DNA of 61,285 bases, counting the filler, from Sluysia triapertura (lineage: Eukaryota): NCBI GenBank assembly GCA_046118255.1. It is 4 parts of 4 records of this genome, joined end to end, with 100 filler letters (N's around TTAATTAATTAA, not from the genome) between each part and the next. Parts side by side here need not be neighbours in the genome. Positions count along the whole stretch, not along the records: positions 41,463 to 61,285 come from JBJNIA010049894.1; 3 more parts are not named here. The stretch is one strand, 5' to 3'. Positions 51,760 through 61,285 of this stretch are shown in pieces (positions within the stretch are counted from its first letter, which is position 1; every line of letters starts with the position of its first letter). The notes under the pieces were generated by a model that made no database searches, was not told the DNA's origin, and saw nothing but the letters and a program-made list of their open reading frames with translations. The position numbers and the translations under genes were made by a program.

Positions 51760-52560
51760 AATGACATAAATTTTGAATTCTAAAAGAAATACAAAATGTT
51801 AAATGTATAACAAAAATTAATGCCACATTTTTGTCATTAATTGTTTCACAAAGACCTTTGATTAAAAAGCGAAAATCGGAATTAGTTTGTGATGAGATAT
51901 TGGAATGAACATCTATTGGTGAAGCTGAAAGTGAATTAGTTGATAGTGACTGTTTAGATCGCTTCTTATCAACAATATTTTTGTGATTTAAAATCGCAGA
52001 GACAGCATCAGATATTCCTTGATTCATAACTTCTAATTTATCTTTTAATACTTTATATTTTAAAACTAAAGTGTCAACATCCATCATTTTATTACAATCT
52101 ACTTTTAAAATATAATTAATTTCATTATTTAATTTTTTGCATTTTATTTTAAAAGCATCACGACCTGTATCTAATTCTTCTTTTTCATCAAGGCATTGTT
52201 CTAAATCTCTTTTTAATCACATTTGCTCATCAGTCATTTGTTTTATTTTAGCAACAAGAGCTTCTATTACATGCTGAGGACCATTGTGAACTAATATTAC
52301 AGTATCATCAATAATTCCTATTCGTTGATGAGTTAGTTGTTCTTGTAATAAGTGCATATCAACTTTACGTTCAAATAACTTCTTTTTCACATCATCTAAT
52401 TCAACTTGTAATACATTACCCGCTTCAGAACCTTCATATAACAATGAATTTAATTATTGTGGCGTTAACGTTGCCTGTTTTTCATAAAGTGCATCTACTT
52501 TAATAGCAACACGATCTTTACTTTTCATAGCCATAATAACAGACCCATTATATGCTAGTA
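51760..52560 (-). pseudogene. CCDC149: CCDC149 (DUF2353) coiled-coil protein with in-frame stops
   Basis: Single frame: QRIG...LKRDLEQCLDEKEELDTGRDAFKIKCKKLNNEINYILK...MMDVDTLVLKYKVLKDKL...LCETINDKNVAL. Stops: TAA 52456-52454 and TGA 52219-52217. Confidence 0.8.
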
Positions 52561-53834
52561 TATTTATTTTAAAGCAAAATAAAAAGCTAATTTTTTGAAT
52601 TACTTGTAAGTTACTAATATTTTTTAAAAATACATGATAAATAATAAAGAGGTAAACATAATAAAAATAATAAAATAATGAAATAAAGAAAATAATAAAA
52701 TAATGCGAATAGGAGAAAATACAAAATAGTATGAATATTGGGAATGACAATATGAATGGTAATCGGAAGAAAAGGGACTATGATATTGAAATAAAAAGCT
52801 TGTTCGAAAGTTATAATATTAATATAAATGCTTTTGACGTGAGATTTGGAGTCTATAGAATATTATTTGTGGTTTGTGTTAAATGTATGAAAGTGACAAA
52901 GAAAGGAAGAGGTTAAATGTAAAATTTTATGAATGTTGATAACAAAATTATTATAGATAACAGCTGCACCATAGAGTGCTTACGGGATTTTCGTGTACAT
53001 CCGATTCTAATTTTTTGCTATTGACTCTTTTATATTTATATATTACCTTAATTGTAACTTTATTTGAGAATTCATTCATCATTTCAAGTTTTTAATCTAA
53101 ATCTTACATGCTATTTACCTGTGTTTAATTTTTTATGATTAAGTTTTTTTATTCCTAACCGCTCAAAATTAGTGGAGTTAAGGCCTAGCAAAACAATTAG
53201 TAATAAGTTAAATTTACAAGTTAATCCGATAAATAAAAAAAATAAACGAACATAATAAAAGCATAAATTATTAAAATGCTTAAACTATTGGTCGTTAAAA
53301 GGTGTGTTGGGGATAATACTGTTTCTCGCTTTAGATAATGTCAATCGACCAAATGTACGAATATATGCTGCTGTGTTTTTCATCAAAGTTATTCCATCTA
53401 TTAATATTAAAGCTAGACCTGGTTCCAACAATGTTTTCATTAAAATCCCCAAATCTTCAATTGTATTCTTTTTTGCGCTTCAAACTAGAACCGGTAGTTG
53501 CAAGAATATCACTTATTAATACCAAATTAAAACATAGTCGCAACTTTTTTTACTTTATATTGACACAGACTTCTAGGTAATGAACTAAAACATTCGTTTT
53601 TGATATAATTATTTGCAAAATTGAATTACCAATTACCTCAACTATTTTTACCAACATATTACTGCATAAACTTATCTTAAATTCAGTTTTGTGCACAAAC
53701 ACAATGTTCTACTAGGAATTCGTGTACATAGCTGAGTTCATTGCGTACGAGTCCGATTTGATTCTATTATATTATCGTTAGTGTAAAAAATAAGAAAAAG
53801 TGAATAACAACATCGTCAGAATAATCAACAATTA

Positions 53835-53910
53835 CCATATTTTCCGGACTATAAGCCGCACCCAAAAACTTAAAAAGGTTCATAATTTAGGGAATGCGGC
53901 TTATTTTCAT
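53835..53910 (+). mobile_element. Tc2/pogo-like DNA transposon left end
   Basis: TA-CCATATTTTCCGGACTATAAGCCGCA with downstream inverted TGCGGCTTAT; the other end was not found. Confidence 0.6.
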
Positions 53911-55021
53911 GACTCTAATAAATAAAAAATGTCATTTTCAATGCAAAGTCCTATTCTAATAAACTACCTCGTCATTGTGTGATATATTTGTTTAAATATT
54001 TTAAATTTCTATTAATTAATTATAATAATTTGAGTTTATTTTACGATACAATAACTTGTTTGTGGTTATTCATGCGTTACGTGAATTTACGTTTTAATAA
54101 ATTAATTCAATTTTTATTCGCCATGAATTGATTTATTTGTGCATACATGATTTATATATTGTGAATTATCGATTTATTATTGGTAATTAATATTGTTAAT
54201 TTATGCACTTTATAAATTATTGATTTTTAATGATTTTGGGTAATTATTAATTCTGGATTACATTCAAAAAACATAAGCGATTTTAAATTTTAAATTAAAA
54301 ATAAATTTTAAAATTAATGAAATAATTTGTTAAAGTTAAAATAATTTGTTTTTTAATTGTTTAATATATTATATAAAATAATTTATTTTAGTCTGGCCAA
54401 GGTCAGACTAAAACAATTATAAATAGCTATGAAATGTGTTAAACAATTCCACAATGCGTTTACACAATATTCTTTCACACAATTTGGTAATTTAATAATC
54501 AATTTGACAAGAAAATTCGTTTTTTGAAACCGAACGTAAAATACAGGAATAATAATTTTTAATTAATTTAATAGATCTTATAATAGATCTAACGTAAAAT
54601 CTACATTAAAATATCATTGAATTAGGAATTAATTCCATTTAATTCCTCGTAAATTATTATTCAATTCTATATTATTGTAAAATTCTTTATTCATTTTAAT
54701 ATTTAATAAAATCTTATATAATTATTTATTGTTTTTAAATTCCACAGTTTCAAATACAAAATCTATCGAAGAATACGTTTTCAACGATTAGAACTTAACT
54801 CTAATCACGAAAATCATTTTCATAGATCCTTTTCATAGGATCATCGTAAAATATTTCATAAACCAATTTTGATTTTGTCAGCTAATAATACGTTTCTAAA
54901 ATTATTATTATTAAAAGCTTTTGAAATACCTCCAGAATTAAAATCGAAATTAATTAGCGAAGAATACTCTAGCAAAAAACTACACTTTAGATATTTTTTT
55001 TACTTTAAAATCTTTTATCTG

Positions 55022-55074
55022 CAAATCCAACGTCTAGCCCTAACTGGTGAGCCTAGTACGTTGGTGGACTCACG
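55022..55074 (+). ncRNA. Dispersed hairpin family, copy D (candidate structured RNA)
   Basis: CAAATCCAACGTCTAGCCCTAACTG|GTGAGCCTAGTACGTTGGTGGACTCACG; inner stem CTAG/CTAG. Confidence 0.45.
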
Positions 55075-55251
55075 TTAAAATCTTGTTTTATTCTATCGTA
55101 CCTCTATTAAACTCTCACAATTCAATTCATTCAATTGAAATGGGCATTGTGCTGATCTAAAAAAATTCATATTTCTGTTGGTCTAAAAAGGAATTAGTTA
55201 GAGGCGAGATTGTCATAGCAGGAAACTATTCTATTGAAATATCTATTGAAA

Positions 55252-55990
55252 CTATTCTATTGAAATATCTGTTATAATTTTATTATAACGTGCGTATGCA
55301 TTGTACGTATTGAACTCTGATATGTTTGTTACAACATCAGAATTTTTGTCCTTTGTAAGGTGATATCTATGTACGTGAGCTTCATTGAAATGACGAGGGA
55401 TACTTTGTGAATAAAGTATAATACAATTTTTAGCTATAAAGTCATCATTCAATTCCAAATTATTTATTCTTTTAGTACGGAGTATAATTCAACTGTAAGA
55501 TTATGAAATATCTTGAGCATTTTTTACTGTTATGTAATCTTCTTGTAATAAGAGTTAAAGACTACGTAAATCCATAAATATTTGAGACAGAAGACGTGTT
55601 GTTCTTCATTAAATTTTTATGTATTACCTTGACTAAAATAAGATTCCACGGTGATTTAAGAAGTTTAACGCGCATGTTAAATGGTAATTCATCGATCTAT
55701 ATAATATGCTGACTAAAATTGATTATATCATTTGGAGATAACAACTAACTATCTACAATTACTTTCTGCTGAAAAATTGAAATTATTCGAATCTGGAATT
55801 CTCATAAGCATGTAACCTGTGCTAAGAAGCCCATTGATTCATAACTAAAAACATTAGTAGTACGAGACATAATTGATGATGAGCGTTGATAGCGATGTAC
55901 TTTCGACATTGTAAGCGAACTTAAAAAAGATGAATCGTTCGTATTTGGTCCAGTTTGAGTTGAAAAATCGCGATTGCTTGAAGCAGAGCA
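55252..55990 (-). pseudogene. Degenerate coding-like region of unknown family
   Basis: Coding-like composition with many stops; 68-aa terminal ORF. Confidence 0.25.
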
Positions 55991-58900
55991 TGATATATTA
56001 TTAGTAAATTGAAAGTCTATTTTCTTTCACTGCGTATAGACGCTAAATTATTATATGAAATATTTGTATTCATTTCGACTAATTTATTGAATTGTTTTGA
56101 TTCTATCAGAAACATGAGAAATTAATAAACTTTGGTGATATATATAACAAGATTAATTTTCAAATATCTTTAGGTTGCGATTTGTATTAACTTTACTATA
56201 TTCTATTATTGAGAGATATTACAATATTAATTAAAAACTTGTCATAAAATAGCTATTATGATTAGTTTAATATCTGCATAAATTGTAAACAATGCTTGTG
56301 CAATTCTACTTTTTACTGGATGTCCAATATTAACGACATAAAAATAAAAGTGATTGACGTCCAATCAAATACATTAAAACTAAGAATGATTGAATTTGGA
56401 TATTATTTTGTCAGTAATTGACAGTTAGTACAGTCATACCGGTTTATTTAAATTAAAATTGTCAATTACTGACAGTTGCTGATATGAATTGTGCTGATAT
56501 AAATAGTAATAAGATTGTGATAAATAAATAAAATTAAATAATAATAATACTGCAATTATACAAGATAAATGCATAAACTTATTTTTTTCACACAATCTTT
56601 ATTTTGTAAAATATAATAATTTCTTAATATAAAAATAAATAATATTCTTTTAAAATTCTTTCAAAAAATTAATTTAAATGAAGTTCTTTCGATTACAATG
56701 TTTTAAATCAATTTTAAAATGTGATCATAATGTTTTTCGATGAAATACAAGATTGAGTGTTGAAGGATTGTAAACTTGAAATGTTTTGGATTGATTTTAA
56801 CGTTTTCTATGATAATTTAAGATGTAAATTGTGATTCAAATGTTGTGGGCTTGTGAGTTAAGAATGTTTTAAATGAGATTTGAAATGTACTTTAATGGTT
56901 TGAATGTAAGTTTGATTTTGATGTTGTAAAGTTGTGAATTTAGTGTATAAAATATAGAATATAAAATAGAAGATAAAATATAAAATGTTTTGATTTGAAA
57001 GTCATCATTTGACAACCATGGTTGCTAATGGGTTAAATACGTCAAGTAATGAAAGGATAAGACAGAAAGGCCTTTGCGATATTCAGTTTTATACTTTCAT
57101 ACTCTGAAAAGTAATTTTAATTTATATCAAGATAAACAAGATATTAAACTCCTTTCAAAAGTCTTACATAAGTCAAATGAGTGACACTCAAAATTAACCA
57201 GATCCACTTAACTTAAAACACGATTCTGCAAACATCTGCATCAATGATCTTTAACAGTATTTAGTCTAAGTTGAAACAACAGTATTTAGTCGTAACAGTA
57301 TTAAGTGTAAATCATTACATAAATGTGCAACATTACAGAAATGGTAACAGGAGTATTTTAATTATACATTATTACTATATGACATACTGCACGTTTTAAG
57401 TGTTAGATTATAACCGAATTCATAAGTGATTCATTTTGCTCGCGTGTGCGAATAAGACGTGCAAAAAATTAAAACAAATGAATTATTGAAAAACTACAAG
57501 TGATAGACAAAAATAATTTTCAGATTGACAAACTATATAAAAATAAGCGAGTAAAAATCTAGTTGTGTTGTAAAAAATTAAAAATAAGTTATGAACGTGT
57601 CTGAATGCTGTTAATAATTATGTGTATGCTTGTAATGAACTAGTAGCTTCTGCTAATAATTTAAGTTTCTTTATATATTCATATTCTTTAATAATATTTT
57701 AAACTTTTCTAATAATATTCTCACTGAAGGTATAATCTTTTACCAATACAAAATTTAATAATTTTTATTGTGTTTTATATAACTGGGATATGTTTCCATA
57801 ACTCTTAATTTCTGATGGTATTCTCACTTTACATTGTTACGTAAGCTTATCTGGAAATACAAACTTTTATCAATTTAATTTTATTCTGCTAGTATTATTT
57901 ATACTTTTTATTATGTTTAGCTTACCTGGAAGTGTAAATTCGAATACTGCTTTCGATGGTCTGAAATGCTTAATCTAAATTTCTGAATTTATTCATCTAA
58001 ACTCTTTTATGTGTTTTAACTTTTAATACAATGATTATACTAGTCGTTTGTTATTTTATTAATTTCTCTACCGACTTTAAATTTTATAATGATTATCTCC
58101 GTTACTCTATCACCAACCCCTTTCCATTTTACATTCGAGAAATAAAAAACGAAATTATAGCAAATATTTATTAGTCAAATTTTAAATGAATATAACTATT
58201 GTTATAAAAATTTATTTCTATTATTTTAATTAACATATAAGTATTAATAAAATAATTGCATTTTTATTTATTTGACTTTATTTTAATTAAACTGGAGATA
58301 ATTGTGGCCTTTATTTTCCTTTTCAATGTCTTGGTTAGTAATCGTTAGATAGATCTGAATCCCGAAATTACCAGGATGGATGTTGATATGAATAATAAAT
58401 TTCGGTTAGTGTTCGTTAAATAGATTCGATTATTGAAATTATCAGGATAGATATTGATTTAAATAATAAATTTCACTAATTTTAAAGGTTTTCACCAACT
58501 TAGACCGTTGCAGTTATGCTTATTATTTTTTTGTTGAGATTGCACTTATTTATAGTTATATGAATTATATAGAGTTCGACTATTTCCAGTTTAGTATTAT
58601 TAATTTTTTATATTTTGAAATCAATTGTATACAAATAAATTAATCAATAATCAGTTAGTACAATAATATTTTTATATAGTCAACAAACAATATTCTTGAT
58701 AGTTATAATACAAATAAATTAATCAATAACACATAAATTATGTAGATTCCAATTATTTCCAGTTTAGTAATATTTTAAATATATTTTTTATATAATATTT
58801 TAAACTTTCTTAAATTTTGATTTTATATTGTTTCTATTAAATCTCAATTTAGTTTCGTTTTATTCGATTATAATGCTTTTAAATTCTGATTACATATAAT

Positions 58901-59654
58901 TTTGTCTTTTCTATCAAATCTTTAAGTTAATTTTGATCGAGAATAATGTTATTTATTTTTATTACATAATAATTCTATTTAATCTAAATTTAATATAATT
59001 TATCTTGTGTATTATAATATCCTAAATCAAGTTTTTAAGATAATTTTATTAGAGTTTTATGCTCTTAATTCTTATTTTAAGATAATTTCTTAACTATATT
59101 AGTAAGGTTTAATGTTTATAAGTTTCAATGATTATTTATACAAATTTAATTTAAATTTGATTGTTATTTATTACTAAATTTTGAATTTATTGAAACTGTG
59201 TGTAATCATATTTTAAATTGATACTAAAACATTATAATCTTAGTAATTTTTTGAGCATTGTTATTTTAACAATTATTTTATTAAAAATGAATTTGTCTAA
59301 AATTCTTATATATATATATATATTACAGTGTTATTACTAATAGCAGTTATTATAAAACAATAAATTCTTAAAAATGTGAATAAATTAAATATAAAAAAGT
59401 TTAAATTTGTCTTAAAATTAATTAATTATATCATTAGGATAAATATAAAAATAATTTATTAAATGGCAATTAAACCAATTAATGTCTAATGTATTTCTAA
59501 TTAAACAAAGATAATGTATTTTAGTATTATGATCATTATATGACTTGAATGGTTAAAAAATCATTATTGAACTTATGCGAACTAAAAATTTAATAAAATA
59601 TCTTTCTGGTTAATTTTCATTTAATATCGTTAATATGAATGCTGATAAACTAAC

Positions 59655-60283
59655 TATCCAAGCTACAAATTTCATAAACTTTATTTGTATTCTGCTGAAA
59701 TCAAATAAAGTCAACACGTGTTGCACACTTCTGTCTTTTATGTCATATTGACAGAGTTTACGAATGTCACTACCTTTATCAATTAATAATCCCAATATAA
59801 ATAATTCCAGCCAATCATAACCATCCAAAGGTGGTGTCCACGGTACACACTAAAAAGATGTTTCAATTATGAATTTCTAGCTTGTTAAATTGTGAAATAA
59901 TTTGAATTTTATTAAAATCATTAGTTTTTAATTAAATTTCGATAAAATAGAATTGATTCTAACAAAAGGTGGTATATCCTTTACTTCAAGTGTTATTGAA
60001 AATTAGATGAATAAATTAAAGAAAAAATATTCAACCTCAAAACCTTGATTTTTTAAAAATTTAACAGTATGTTCAACAGCCCTTTCGACAGCTGGAACTA
60101 CACTAAATGAACCATCATACGTGAAGTAACCAATTTTTTTAATTTGTTTCTCCAACGTAGTATTGAATGGCAAAGGTGGCAATAATGGGTCGAGTTTATA
60201 ATGAAGAGGACAATTTACAATTTCTTTGAAAACGTACGACACAACATTTACATCACGACCAAGTATACCAACACAACCTTTTA
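59655..60283 (-). CDS. FAAH: Fatty acid amide hydrolase (amidase signature family), internal exons
   Basis: Exons 60283-60036 and 59849-59655: VGILGRDV...KLDPLLPPLPF...IGYFTYDG...PAVERAV...LKNQGFE|CVPWTPP...GLLIDKG, matching FAAH1 (GPMARDV, LDPTVPPLPF, VGYY, GLFSDGG). Confidence 0.88.
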
Positions 60284-61285
60284 CTAAATAAAAACAAAAT
60301 TTATAATTAAAATCAAAATTAAAATTGAAAGGTACATTCAATACGTAACAAAAATGTAATCTTCAAAGAATATTTCAGTATTGTTGAATTTAATAAAAAT
60401 TCAAGCTTAATAATAATTACTCTTTAAAACACATAAAATCACTTATAAACATTTCATAGAAATTCCTATAAATTCTCAGCTCACATAATTCCCACTACAT
60501 TCTCAAAAAACAGTCATTATAATCAAATCCATCAAATGTAAAAAGAACTTCAAAACACAATGATACTTAAAGCACTTAAATTAAAATTAATTGCTTAAAC
60601 AATTCAAAATTAGATAAATCTTTCACATAATTCAAAATCATCCAACATCAACCCTAACATATTATAAACATTTTCAGTCTAAATCACTTACGCCTTTCAA
60701 CACTCAATTCACAAATTTTATAATCTTTATTACAACTAGAAACGTACCACATTTCTTATAATCTTTCATGTTCTATTTTTACACATCAGTTTAAATCCAT
60801 TTACACATTCTCTAAATTCCAAAAATATTCATGTTCCTATTATAATACTTCTCAAAACCTACATCCCAACTCTAATAACCATAAAACACAAATCTTAATC
60901 AATCAAATTTAGCCTTATAAAAACCACGTTTCCTAAACAAACAGTAACAAGTATGATTGTTTTATTGAAACAATTATCACGCGATTTCTCTCATAAATTC
61001 GATCCGAAGCAACAATTATAGTTTAATTAAAGTACTAAATGATATTTCACCACTTCATAATTACAAAAACAAAAAAATCACACACGAATACTGCTGAAAA
61101 TTAACCCAGTAAAGTTGAAGTTGTACAAAATGAAAAAACATTTTAGAAATGCTTTTCAAATTTTAAGAGTCATTTTGATGAAGAAAATGTTGTGAATTCT
61201 TTGTACGTTTTTTAATGTGGTATTTTTATGTAGTTTATGCGTCATAAATTTTAAGAGAAAATTAATGTAAAATTAAATCAGTTTT

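Noticed and set aside
42532-52456. Alternative genetic code with stop reassignment
   Set aside because: The stops are of mixed types and co-occur with frameshifts or motif loss. Intact genes have no in-frame stops and the dsRBP gene ends in TAA.
57005-57036. piggyBac-like right end (GCTAATGGG-TTAA)
   Set aside because: No matching left end found.

Overview
Very AT-rich eukaryotic (animal) genomic DNA with GT-AG introns that are either tiny (about 32-41 nt) or TE-expanded (kb). The window is not one locus. Three identical 100-nt linkers (44 N + TTAATTAATTAA + 44 N) join four independent pieces: 1-14433, 14534-27246, 27347-41362 and 41463-61285. Partial genes: furin/PCSK-type proprotein convertase (5 exons, +), FBXO38-like C-terminal exons (-), TARBP2/PACT/Loquacious-like dsRNA-binding protein 3' exons (+) and FAAH exons (-). 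Disrupted genes: a CCDC149 pseudogene and a chimeric UEV-domain/CDP-diacylglycerol synthase locus. Mobile DNA: mariner, hAT, piggyBac-type, Tc2-like and Stowaway-like elements, an L2/CR1 LINE fragment and Gypsy pol remnants. The most unusual signals are three. (1) A miniature LTR retroelement (TRIM) whose ~155-bp LTR carries a complete tRNA-like Pol III cassette, a tRNA analogue of plant Cassandra elements. (2) A dispersed ~55-nt hairpin family with a covarying base pair and a consensus 5' splice site in its loop (spliced-leader-RNA-like). (3) A ~400-bp-armed inverted repeat inside an intron of the dsRNA-binding RNAi cofactor gene. All homology calls are from recognised motifs, not database searches.
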